Part shown: positions 13,690 through 25,344 of the stretch, in pieces | Position numbering within the stretch: position 1 is the stretch's first letter | Layout of the letters: each line of letters starts with the position of its first letter | The notes under the pieces: model-generated | The model's database searches: none | What the model saw: the letters and a program-made list of their open reading frames with translations, nothing else | What the model was told of the DNA's origin: nothing | Translations under genes and position numbers: made by a program | DNA from: Octopus sinensis | Taxonomy: Eukaryota | Assembly (NCBI RefSeq): GCF_006345805.1 | Contig: NC_043003.1 | Span: 79,298,001-79,362,000 of the forward strand | DNA length: 64,000 bases | Reading direction: 5' to 3'

Positions 13690-14340
13690 AAAAGACCATT
13701 ATCTTTGCACAAGTTGAGCAAGTTCTCTCCAACAGAGTGTTTGAACACAAGTTGCAATCAATTGTTAACTCCATTTGTGATGTTCAAACTTTCAAGAGTG
13801 GTTTTAAGCATTTGGCCTTTGTTTTCCCTATCCTCCCTCCTTCCCTCACTGGTTCCATCCACTTTGGTTATGACGCACATTTTTACACAACTGACATCTT
13901 CCATATGCATCACATGTCTTCTCACTTGTCCTTTAAATCCAATTTCTTTTAAACTCTTCCCTCAACTCGTTTCTGTTTTGTCAATCAAGCAGACAAATAT
14001 AATACATCCAGCAGAGCATGTTCATCTAATTTCTTTCAGACCAGCATAAATCCTACACAACAAAGGCCCATATCACTCAACCATTTAGTATCACATTTGT
14101 ACACAAGCTTTTCTCCTCCCCATTCTGGCAACTATGTTTTCAGAATGCCCAATTCAACTACTAATTAGGTTACCTGGGTAACATAAAGCATTATCAATTA
14201 CTTCATAGAAGTGCAAAGGAGGAGCTTCTGTGTAGTCGAAGTAATTTCTCTCACATGTTTTCTTATTGATAATTATTCCTGTACATTTGTCACATACAAA
14301 GTCTACTTAGCATGACAACCTGCTTGTCATCCTACTACAC
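13690..14340 (-). mobile_element. Old RTE LINE 3' fragment
   Basis: HMEDVSCVKMC...VDGTS.GR resembles the RTE C-terminus (CVKKC..VEGTCGRGR). Confidence 0.6.
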
Positions 14341-14882
14341 CTCCTGTACATACACAGCTTATGGTAGGTACACCATATGGAATCCCTACCTATATATATG
14401 TTGGTAGGGGTTGGATGGCTTGACAGGGCCTGACATGCCAGAGGACAGTGCCAAGCTCTACACACACATGTATATATTATGTGCATAAGTGCTCTCTCTC
14501 ACTCTTATCGGTGGCACGTAAAAAGCACCATCCGAATGTGGCTGATGCCAGCGTCACCTTGACTGGCACCAATCCGATTGTGGCCGTTGCCAGCTTCGCC
14601 TGGCACGTAAAAAGCACCCACTACACTCTCGGAGTGGTTGGCTTTAGGAAGGGCATTCAGCTGTAGAAACACTGCCAGATCAGACTGGAGCCTGGTGCAG
14701 CCTTCAGGCTTCCCAGATCCCCGGTCGAACCGTCCAACCCATGCTAGCATGGAGAACGGACGTTAAATGATGATGATGATATATATATATATAGGTTTGG
14801 TGATGTAAACAGGAAAAATAGAATGCAAAATACATGTATATGTATTTTTATATTAATATTTAGCAGAAGTAACAGAGTGACA

Positions 14883-14957
14883 CAAGGGCCGTGAGTTTCT
14901 TGTGTTGGCACTTAAACTCGATAAATTTGTGCCAATGTATGAAACTCTTGGCCCTTG
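14883..14957. other. Isolated 75-nt stem-loop (pre-miRNA-sized)
   Basis: CAAGGGCC/GGCCCTTG, GAGTTTC/GAAACTC and TTGGCAC/GTGCCAA pair across a short loop; not seen elsewhere in the window. Confidence 0.55.
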
Positions 14958-15129
14958 AATTACTATGTTGCTTTTGTTTTGTTACACACACACAAACATT
15001 TTTTTCTTTTTTTGTAAATTCAAACACAAATCTACTTATATACATACCACAATCATCATTATTTTTATTTCTGCATTCAATGATTAGTGGCTGTCAACAG
15101 GCATGTTTTCTACAGAGTACTGTCTTCTC

Positions 15130-15990
15130 AAGTACAGCAAACCACCAAAAGTCTCAGCCCCTTGTCATCTCTTCTGTGAGGCCCAACATCTGAAGATCCT
15201 TTCTCACCACTTTGTCCCACATTTTCCTGGGTCTACTCCTACCCAGAAAAACGTAGGATGTCTTGTGATCTAAAAGTGCTGATCAGAATTTGAGATTGGC
15301 ACTTCTTAATGCAGCTTTCCTCATCCATACGCATCACATAACCACACCAGTGCAGTCTTCTCTCTTGCACACAACATCTGATATCTTATATACCCAATTT
15401 TTCCCTCAAACTATTTACACTTTACTGTACATGCACACTGACATTACCCATCTGGTGGAGCATGTTAGCATTATTTTCTTTCAAGCTTTCTCATGTCCTC
15501 AGCAGTCAAAGCCCATATCCCACTGCCATGTAGCACAGCTGTTCACACACATGTATCATATAATCAGCCTTTCACTCTAAGATAGTTTGTTACCAACACA
15601 GATAGTAGCCCTCTGAACTTTGCTCAGCCCATTCATACTCTAGCAGTTATACTTTCAGAACTACTTCCTCCACTGTTAACTTGATCACCTCAGTAACGGA
15701 AACTGTCAACTTACTCTAAGGATCCCCCTAGACATTTGAGGTAGTTTATTTTCTGTACATTCCTGATGTGTAAAGTACTAATACATCTGCCACATGTAAA
15801 GACAACTTTCTCTGTTAATATCCTTATGATACCGCTGCACATCTTACATGTCTATAGTTTGCACTGGGTACACCATAAGGAGTTTCTATCAAAATCTTTA
15901 CATATCAAGCAAGGCCATCTCCTTTAAAGGGACAAGAGGTTTGTCTGTTTTCCTACTTAGAACTTTGCTCTTTGCTAAATTAACTCTAAG
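15130..15990 (-). mobile_element. RTE LINE 3' fragment
   Basis: Nucleotide similarity to 43.0-43.8 kb (cacattttcctgggtcta, ctgctatgct...). Confidence 0.7.
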
Positions 15991-16439
15991 GCCCTTTGAC
16001 TCCTGACCTTACAGTGTGTGTGTGTGTGTAGGGGTGCAGGCTTGGCTGCATGCTTAAAACATTCACTTCACAACTAAATGCTTTCCAGTTCAGTTCAACA
16101 TTGTAGCATCTTGGTGGGTATTTTCACTATGGCTGACCAAAGCTTTGTGAGTGGATATGGTAGAAGGCAAGAGAGAAGCCCATCACGTGTGCATGTGTAT
16201 GTATGTGTGTGTGTGTGTGTGTGTATCCTTGCCATAACATTGTGCACTAATTGTAAGCAAATCTGACCATTGTGTTATTCATGTTTGAAGGACTAGGGGA
16301 AACATCACCTTCCTAGGAAACAGGTGAAGGTCAGAGTCGTAAAATCTACCTCAAGGATTTTTATCTGACCCATGCAAGCATAAAAAAAATGGATGTTAAA
16401 ACAATGATGACAATCTATGTACATGTAAATAAAAGTTAC

Positions 16440-16491
16440 CAACCATGGCCTATGCTTCCTTCCATATCTTGATTGTAGTACCAACTGTCAT
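16440..16491 (-). CDS. Gene A exon 4 (DDSWYYNQDMEGSIGHG)
   Basis: Strong acceptor ttttgtgtctttcag|AT, donor TTG|gtaact; open only in the frame required by exon 3 (G+AT=Asp); ends in phase 2 (TG). Confidence 0.7.
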
Positions 16492-16877
16492 CTGAAAGAC
16501 ACAAAAATTAACCCTCAACAGAATCATGATGACCAATTGAATTATTTCAAACTGAGATGATGACTAAATATCAAACATACAAAGGAAACATTTCTAACAT
16601 TAAATATCACCAGAACAATCAACTTTAGCCCAGGGCTGACCAGTGCAAAACAACAAGAACAGTAGCAAGTGTGTCAATATTGTTGAACAAGCATGTTTCT
16701 ACAATAATCATCTCTTTGGAAACTCAAAAGAAATGCTGTTTGTTTTGCTACTTTGCTATATACATACTCAAACATATGCTGCATGTGCTCAGGCCAGGAC
16801 TTCTAACCAATAAGTCCAAGTAAAACTCCAATAACAAAGAAATTCAAAAGAAATGTTTCATCTATCAGTATATAAGT

Positions 16878-17256
16878 GGAAGCACTCCGTCGGTTACGAC
16901 GACGAGGGTTCCGGTTGATCCGATCAGCGGAACAGCCTGCTCGTGAAATTAACATGTAAGTGGCTGAGCACTCCACAGACACGTGTACACTTAACGTAGT
17001 TCTCGGGATATTCAGCGTGACAGAGAGTGACAAGGCCGGCCCTTTGAAATACAGGTACAACAGAAACAGGAAGTAAGAGTGAGAGAAAGTTGTGGTGAAA
17101 GAGTACAGCAGGGATCACCATCATCCCCTGCCGGAGCCTCGTGGAGCTTTAGGTGTTTTCGCTCAATAAACACTCACAACGCCCGGTCTGGGAATCGAAA
17201 CCGTGATCCTATGACCGCGAGTCCGCTGCCCTAACCACTGGGCCATTGCGCCTCCA
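16878..17256 (-). mobile_element. Young tRNA-derived SINE family B with target-site duplication
   Basis: CpG-rich tRNA-like head GGAGGCGCAATGGCCCAGTGG...GGTTTCGATTCCC; flanks CAGTATATAAGT (16866-16877) and CAGTATTTAAGT (17258-17269); related older copy at 59400-59722(+). Confidence 0.9.
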
Positions 17257-17738
17257 CCAGTATTTAAGTAATCTTGAATAAATAATAATTCGACTTTGTA
17301 CTGCTTGTTAATGATTTCAAAAGGCATCAAACTCTGATGCAACACAAGTGGGACGTGTGTTAAACATTTAACTTAGCATGACTCCTTTCGTAAAGGACTG
17401 CAGTTGGCTGAAAGAAAGCTACGAAAATCAAACCAGACACTTCATGAAAACAACACACAATATTGTTGCTGTAATAAAACTTTTATAAACTTTTGAGAAA
17501 ACGTGAATTATTTTTTGGAATAGTATATCTCGAAGAACACACATAAAGCTATAAACAACAGCATGTAGATATTGTGTTAAAAACTCTTTTGGATAGAAAA
17601 AGTCACAGGGGCTCTATGTGTGTGATTTAAGATATACTACTCTAAAAAAAGAATTATAACACACATTATATTAGACTAAAATTTTAGCATAAAACATGAA
17701 AGCAATAAAGAATATCAAGAAAGAAAAATTGTGTTTAC

Positions 17739-18903
17739 CTGCTTTTTTATGGTCAGAAAATTCTTGTGAGTTTTGTGGATAATGTTCTAAACGTGAAATA
17801 GGTCGAGTAAAAAGGTAAGATTTAGAGAGGATCTTTGAAACAGAAACCAGTCTGATACTGTCAGAACCAACTTGGGATGGAACATTCTGACCAATGTTGT
17901 TTTCTTTCAAGATAGAATTCCCTGCTTCAGGAAACTGCTGAGCTTCAGCAAGATTATCATGTGCCAGTTTTTCTAATTTGTTTTGTTTTGAATTCTCAAT
18001 CAATAAGCTATCACGAAGAAGGGAACCAGACGGTGATTGCTCAGCAACATCTTTCCCGTTATTGACCTTTGCTTCTTTGTTTCCTTCAGCTAAAATATGT
18101 GGAAAACTGACATTCAACTGGTTAGATGAATTAGGAGCAATGTTATTGATTGATGCAATGTTTTGGTTTAGTGGAGCCTTTTGGTCAATCATAGCTTCTA
18201 CAGGAATTTTAACAACATTATCACCATTATTGACTGCATTCTTCTCTGGTGGACTAACAGTTACAGTATCCATATTCATTGCTTTTTGTTGAATAACAGA
18301 ATTTCCTGGCTGCTGGACAACAGGAACATTTTTCTGGAGGAAATTTTTTGGATTAAGAATATTTTCTTCATTTTGTTGGGGAGCAGTAACTTCATTGTCC
18401 TGAAGAGGAACTCCTTGTTGAGGAACTGGTTCCAGCTTATTCTGCTTCAGTTGTCTTATGTTCTTCTGGTCTAATACTTCATTCTGAGCGCCAGGCTGAA
18501 AACCATTCTGCACTTGTACATTCTGTTGAACAATTTGATTACCAGATGCTTTATGCTGAGAAGCAACACCTTCAGAGTTCTGCGGAAGAAGCTTTTGTTG
18601 CAAATTAACATCCAGACCGTTCTGGCTTGGTACTTGTTGAAAGACTAAATTTTGCTGGTCTCTTAATTGCTGCTGTTGAAGATCAGCCAATTTGTTTTGG
18701 TCGGATAATTTTTTAAAGTTGTTATAAACATTCTGATCTTTTTCCTCAGAAACATACTGATGAGTCTTTACAGGAGTTTCTAGATTCTGTTGAACACTGT
18801 CTTTTAAGTAAATAGTTGAAAGAGGATCAACTTTTTCAGCTGGAGCTGTACCTTTAACTTCACCCACAGACAAAGCATTGTTCTCCACAACATCAATCTG
18901 GCC
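17739..18903 (-). CDS. Gene A exon 3: 1165-nt Q/N/K-rich low-complexity exon
   Basis: Longest non-repeat ORF (17671..18915, 414 aa); acceptor tttttgcag|GGC (phase 0), donor GCAG|gtaaac (phase 1); phases fit both neighbours. Confidence 0.9.
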
Positions 18904-20037
18904 CTGCAAAAACAAACAGAAGTTTAAGATTAATTAGTAATGTTTGTTATTACTCTTTTCCCTGTCTCCTCTATTCTTCTCTCTCACTGCCAGTATCTCA
19001 ACTGATAGTCTCTCCACTACCATCCACTCACAACGATAAATCTATTCTACCAATTGTATTTTAACTTCTCTCAGCATCTCACTTAATGTCACCACTCTCT
19101 CCTGTTCTTTTTCAGTTGTGGGGGGCCTTTTAGTCTCGCAAGCTACAAGGTAACCTCATTAGTGCTGGTACCGCACAAAAATGCAACTCTGTAAGGTGGT
19201 TGGCAAATTGAACAGAATCAATGTAGGACTGAGGCCTCTTTATTCTTGCCAAGGGCAGAACAAGCTCTGTAATGCTGTTGCCATTAAAAATAGTGTAAAT
19301 GGGTTGGTGTTAGAAAGCAGGACACGTAACCAAAGAAACTATGTTCAAAATGACATAGTGGAGCAGATTTGTGGTAACCCAAGCCAAAGGATCCTATCAA
19401 ACCATTGTACGGATACCAGCATGGAAAAAGAATACGAAAATGGTGAGGATAATGATTTGTTAGTACAGAATGAATAAAGAATATTAAATATTTTTTTATC
19501 TTTTATTTAATTCAGTCACTTTACTGAGGCCATGCTAAGGTACTGCCTTGAAGGGTTTTAGTCAAACAGATCGAACCCAGGACCTCCTTATGCCAAAATT
19601 AGAAATCATTAATATTATTATAAATATTATTCTTTTAAGCAGTTTTATTATGACTACTACTACTGAGTGACAGAGCAGTGCATACTATCAAAATGACACT
19701 GGGATACAAATATACGGAGCCCAATATATCCATCATGACAAACCCATCTGATAAGGTTACACCAAGCACATGCATCACAATCATGTGCACACAACATGGT
19801 ATTCTCATATCAAGACAAACAACACATAACCTTGCAGGTGGGGGTCCAGTTAGAATTTTCTACTCAAAAGTTCCCTGAATAAGGGTTGTTTAAAGATGAT
19901 GAACGAAACACCCATATTTCCAGAGGTGAATTATTAAAACCCCAAAGAATCCCTCTCAACACATGGCTATGATTCTCTTCCACTAATCCTTTTTGTGATT
20001 AGAGATGCACATATTGTCAGCCACTCTCTCTCTCTCT

Positions 20038-20069
<32 letters not shown>

Positions 20070-20882
20070 CTAGCATGGAAAACGGACGCTAAATGATGAT
20101 GATATATATATATATATATATGTTATTCTGCTACTTGTTTCAGTTATTTGACTGCAGCCATGCTGGAGTACCACCTTGAAGGATTTTAGTTGGAGAAATC
20201 AATCTCTGGACTTAATTTTTAAGCCTATTGCTTATTCTCTCAGTCTCTTTTGCCAAACCGCTAAGTTATGGGGATGTAAACAGACCAACATCAGTTGTCA
20301 AGCAGTGATGGGGGAACAAAAACAGACACAAGAACACACACGACAGGCTTCTTTCAGTTAACATCTACTAAATTCACTCACAAGGCTTTGGTTGGCCTAA
20401 GGCTATAGTAGAAGACACTTGCATATGGTGCCATGCAGTGGGACTGAACCTGTGTGGCAAGCTTCTTGCCACACAGTCATATATATAATATACATGATAC
20501 CCTTCCACACAGTTCCCATCTACCAAATTCACTCATAAGATATTGGTCAGCCTGAAGATATAGTAGAAAACAATTGTCCAAGGTGTTGCACAATGAGACT
20601 GAACACAAAACCATGAGGCTGCAAAGTGAGCTTCTTAACCACACAGCCATGGAATGGTAACTGCATTGAAGTTGAGTATATGTGCATGCATTGGCATCCC
20701 TTTAATGTCAAGGTAGACCTATCTCACAAACTAATAAATTTAGTAGCAGATACAGTATGAAGGGAATTTAATCCTTGATGCAGCATTCCAGCATGGCCAA
20801 AAAAGATACAGGGATACTCTCGTCAATAAAAGAATAAAATATTAAAAGAAAAAAAAAAGAGCAAAAAATAAAACCAACTTAC

Positions 20883-21097
20883 CGATAAGTCAGAATTTGA
20901 TGGAAGTTTAGGTTTAATATCTTCTAAAACTAGAGTATTTTTTGAGGTAGTTATGTCCTGTTGGATTGGTCGTGAATCACTGGAAGCCCTACGATGACGA
21001 CTGTTGACAAGAGATACCAGATTGTGGCGCACATTTATATCTTGGCTGTCTTCTTCAGGAAATACATCAAATTGATTTAGTTCCTTAAATAGGTTTT
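20883..21097 (-). CDS. Gene A exon 2 (ENLFKELNQFDVFPEEDSQDINVRHNLVSLVNSRHRRASSDS...SDLS), contains RHRR furin-type site
   Basis: Acceptor ttttgtacag|AA, donor TCG|gtaagt; 215 nt, phase 1 to phase 0; lies in ORF 20823..21113. Confidence 0.85.
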
Positions 21098-21378
21098 CTG
21101 TACAAAAATACAAATAATAAAAACATTTAAATTAGTCAGTAAAAGTATTCAAATGTTATGCCAAACCCAGACACCAATTTAGGAATAAGGTTTACATAGA
21201 GGAAAAAAGACCCTAAAGTTAATAGAAAGGGGAATGTTTGCATGTAGAAATATGAACCCTAAAGTTGATAGGTGATAGGGAATGGGTTATGTATTGGTGT
21301 ATGGTCCATGAAGTCAATTTCTAATAGATAAATTCACAATGGTTACAGTGGAGAAAAAAAATTCCCTCTTATAGTAAA

Positions 21379-21851
21379 AGGTGTAAAACACCATATCTGC
21401 TCAGTGCTTCTCTCTAGTGGATTCCAAGATAAGCATTTTCAACACTTTAGCCATCCTCAATGGGAATAACAAAGAGAGACAACCCTGGGCAAATTTGAAG
21501 CTGTCATTGACTGAGTGGTACTAGTGGGCCACCTGGCTGGGATAAAAATAGTGGCATCAGCACCAAGCAATGATTAGGAATAAACAAGCTCTAGGTTAGT
21601 TAAAACATGTTTGTGACATATTTTAATATCTAAAGGCAAATTCACTGCAAAAAAAAATTTCTCTCTTATTGCAAAAGGTACAAAAACACTGATGTTGACT
21701 GTTTTTAGTTAAAGCTATAGCTTTGAATTTGCCCAGGGTTATCTCTCTTCAATATTTCCCATTGATGATGGCTGAAGAGCCAGAAATGCAAGAAATGCAC
21801 ATTTGGGAATTTCTTAGAAGAAAGCACAGGGCAGATATGGTATTTTTACAC
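21379..21851. repeat. Imperfect ~125-bp inverted repeat in intron 1 of gene A
   Basis: GTGTAAAACACCATATCTGC...AATGGGAATAACAAAGAGAGACAACCCTGGGCAAATT pairs with AATTTGCCCAGGGTTATCTCTC...CCCATT...GCAGATATGGTATTTTTACAC. Confidence 0.75.
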
Positions 21852-22569
21852 CATTTACCATACATATTTTAACTAACCTAAAGGAAAGATGACACATCAA
21901 AATAAAAAGAAAATAATAGAAAAGGTAACATATAAATAAATAGAAAATAAGAGAAAAAATAAGAAATATTAAATTCCAGATAAGTATCAAAACCAACAAA
22001 TGAGCAAAAGTCACATGGTTTCATTGGATATTAGTTTACATATATTTGGCATAATTTAAGAAAAATTAGCCATGGTCATCCATTTATTAACTATTTTTCA
22101 TTCTCTCTCTCACTCTCTCTCATATATATATATAATGTTTATGTATCTGTTTTGCAAGAATCCTGTGTTGAAACAGATGTAAGTATGTTATAACTACAGT
22201 TATACATCACCATTAAAATTTTTGAAAAGTTAATGAAAGATGAGGGTTAGTGCAAGCTCATCCATAACTCAATGTTTATATTTTCTCAGCTGAGCTTGCA
22301 TAGGTATTATTACGATATTATTACAAAGATATGCCAATAATATATAACGTAAAAATGTTTTTATTTCCTATATTATATATTTTTTTTATTTTGTTAATCT
22401 CTTCACGTATGTTTATGGTTATCGCACTGAGACCAAGGTTAGCATACATATAAAATTACTTAAAATTCAAGGTTTGATTTTTAGAATGGTGATATAAGAC
22501 AATCCCAAATTTTTAGGGTAAATTTTAGGATTTAAAGGTCGTCCCATACGCAGAAATATACGGTATATA

Positions 22570-22978
22570 GGCGCAGGAGTGGCTGTGTGGTAAGTAGCTT
22601 GTCTACCAACCACATGGTTCCGGGTTCAGTCCCACTGCGTGGCACCTTGGGCGTCTTCTACTATAGCCTCGGGCCGACCAAAGCCTTCTGAGTGGATTTG
22701 GTAGACGGAAACTGAAAGAAGCCCGTCGTATATATGTATATATATATATATATATATGCGTGTGTGTGTTTGTGTGTCTGTGTTTGTCTCCTATCATTGC
22801 TTGACAACCGATGCTGGTGTGTTTATGTCCCCGTTACTTAGCAGTTCGGCAAACGAGACCGATAGAATAAGTACTAGGCTTACAAATGAATAAGTCCCGG
22901 GGTCGAGTTGCTCGATTAAAGGCGGTGCTCCGGCATGGCCGCAATCAAATGACTGAAACAAGTAAAAGAGTAAAGAGT
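22570..22978 (+). mobile_element. tRNA-derived SINE family A (CORE-like CTTGGGCAAGT domain, internal (TA)/(TG) tract, GAGTAAAA tail), well-preserved copy
   Basis: A box TGGCTGTGTGG, B-like GGTTCAGTCCC. Further copies at 706-1102(+), 25455-25854(-), 28760-29080(-), 51954-52348(-), with many partial copies (4510-4840, 8650-9010, 20140-20660, 31790-32000, 34660-34810, 35250-35400, 53680-53980, 56610-57120, 62390-62820). Confidence 0.9.
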
Positions 22979-23421
22979 ATATATATTTGTATATATAAAT
23001 AGATATAGTGTACCCCCGCCTATTTGCAGTTCGGCATCTGCAGGCTCGGTTATTCGTGGAACTAATAATTGTTCATGGAAACCACCACATATTTGTGGAA
23101 TTGTAAATATCGTCTGTGATTTTTTATGGCTTTTTTCAAGGCAATATATATTTTTTCACACATTTTAAGGCTAAATTATTAATAACAATATACTGTATTT
23201 GCTGCAGTTGAAGCTCCCTCTAATTAGAAGAGCTGCACATCACGTTGCTTAATTATTCTAGATACAAGTACACTGTATCTTGTATCTCTTACTCCTGCTT
23301 TCAATCAAAGCTTGCTAATCAGTATAGCGACATCTATCTATATTTCACACATACACACTCTCTATATTTGTCTCTCAACAACAACCTCTCATTGTAGTGA
23401 GCGTGTATATATATATATATA

Positions 23422-23790
23422 TACTAGCAGTATCGCCCGGCGTTGCTCGGGTTTGTAAGGGAAATAACTATAAAGCATTTTTAGAGAGTTATAGCCAAAA
23501 AATAGCAAAAAAATGGAAAAAAAATTATGGTAAATTTTTTTTTGAGAGTTAAAAAGGTCGTGTTGTATCACCTAGACAGTCTGTGGTTTGTGTTTCTGAT
23601 TTTTGACCCCATGTCGAATTTATTGATTTTTTTCAGAATTGGGGGAACTTTTCAAAATTTTCGCTGCGTTAGTTTTGAATTATGACATTGGGCTATGTGT
23701 GTGTCAAGTTTCATCAGAATCGGTTGAAAGCCGTGGTCAGGGTGAGGGTACAACCTGACAGACAAACTGCCGTTTATAAAGAGAGAGATA
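23422..23790 (+). mobile_element. Helentron/Helitron2-associated non-autonomous element (DINE/Lep1-like)
   Basis: Starts TACTAG followed by hairpin CCCGGCGTTGCTCGGG; 3' AAGTTTCATCAGAATCGG...GACAGACAAAC...TTTATA motif; inserted in (TA)n. Confidence 0.7.
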
Positions 23791-24030
23791 TATATAGATA
23801 TAGATATGTATATATATATATATATGTATGTATATACACACACATATACATATATAGAGATACACATACATATACAAATATATATATATAGACATACACA
23901 CATATACATATATACACACATACATAAATACATACACACATACATACATATACACACATATATACACATATGTATATGCACACACATATATATACATGTA
24001 TATATATACACACATCATCATCATCATCAT
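23790..24030. repeat. Compound (TA)/(CA)/(TACA) microsatellite, representative of many such tracts
   Basis: Similar tracts at 5865-5985, 25250-25420, 36535-36570, 36728-36785, 38235-38320, 40220-40295, 42000-42045, 42375-42428, 42538-42632, 53980-54025. Confidence 0.95.
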
Positions 24031-25250
24031 CGTTTAACGTCCGTTTTCCGCGCCAGCACGGGTTGGACGGTTCAACCGGAGTCTGGGGAGCCAGGGGCTG
24101 CTCCAGGCTCCAGTCTGATCTGGCAGTGTTTCTACAGCTGGATGCCCTTCCTAACGCCAACCACTCCGCGAGTGTAGTGGGTGCTTTTTACGTGCCACCT
24201 GCACAGGTGCCAGAGGGGTCTGGCATCGGCCACGATCGGTTGGTGCTTTTTTATGTGCCACCGGCACAGAAGCCAGTCGAGGCGGTGCTGGCGTCGGCCA
24301 CGTTCGGATGGTGCTTTTTATGTGCCACCGGCACAGAAGCCAGTCGGGGCGGTCCTGGCATCGGCCACGTTCGGATGGTGCTTATTATGTGCCACCGGCA
24401 CAGAAGCCGTTCGAGGCGGGGTTGGCATCGGTCACATTCGGATGGTGCTTTTTATGTGTCACTGGCACAGGTATCACAACTACTGTTTCCATTGATATTT
24501 GGTTCGATGTTCATGTACATGCACTTGACTCAACAGGTCTCCTCAAGCACAGCGAGATGTTCCGGGATCCCACATCGGTCTGGTGCTTTTTATGTGCCAC
24601 CAGCACAGAAGCCAGTCGAGGCGGTGCTGGCATCGGCCACGTTCAGATGGTGCTTTTTGTGTGCCACCGGCACAGAAGCCAGTCGGGGCGGTGCTGGCAT
24701 CGGCCACGTTCGGATGGCGCTTTTTATGTGCCACCAGCACAGAAGCCATTCGAGGCGGGGTTGGCATCGGCCACGTTCGAATGGTGCTTTTTATGTGCCA
24801 CCGGTACAGAAGCCAGTGGAGGCTGCACTGGTAACGGCCACGTTCGGATGGTGCTTTTTATGTGCCACCAGCACAGAAGCCATTCGAGGCGGGGTTGGCA
24901 TCGGCCACGTTCGAATGGTGCTTTTTATGTGCCACCGGTACAGAAGCCAGTGGAGGCTGCACTGGTAACGGCCACGTTCGGATGGTGCTTTTTATGTGTC
25001 ACTGGCACAGGTATCACAACTACTGTTTCCATTGATATTTGGTTCGATGTTCATGTACATGCACTTGACTCAACAGGTCTCCTCAAGCACAGCGAGATGT
25101 TCCGGGATCCTACGATCAGTTGGTGCTTTTTATGTGCCACCGACACAGAAGCCAGTCGAGGCGGTGCCGGCATCGGCCACGTTCGGATGGTGCTTTTTAT
25201 GTGCCACCGGCACAGAAGCCACACGGGGCGGTGCTGGCATCGGCCACATA
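24016..25250 (-). repeat. Head-to-tail RTE 3'-end array with an expanded minisatellite and a 540-bp higher-order duplication
   Basis: Units GGTGCTTTTTATGTGCCACCGGCACAGAAGCC...; block TACTGTTTCCATTGATATTTGG...CTCAAGCACAGCGAGATG at 24481 and 25021; source of the spurious 332- and 375-aa ORFs. Confidence 0.9.
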
Positions 25251-25313
25251 TACAATATATATATATACATATACACACCACACACACACACACATATATA
25301 TATATACATATAT

Positions 25314-25344
<31 letters not shown>

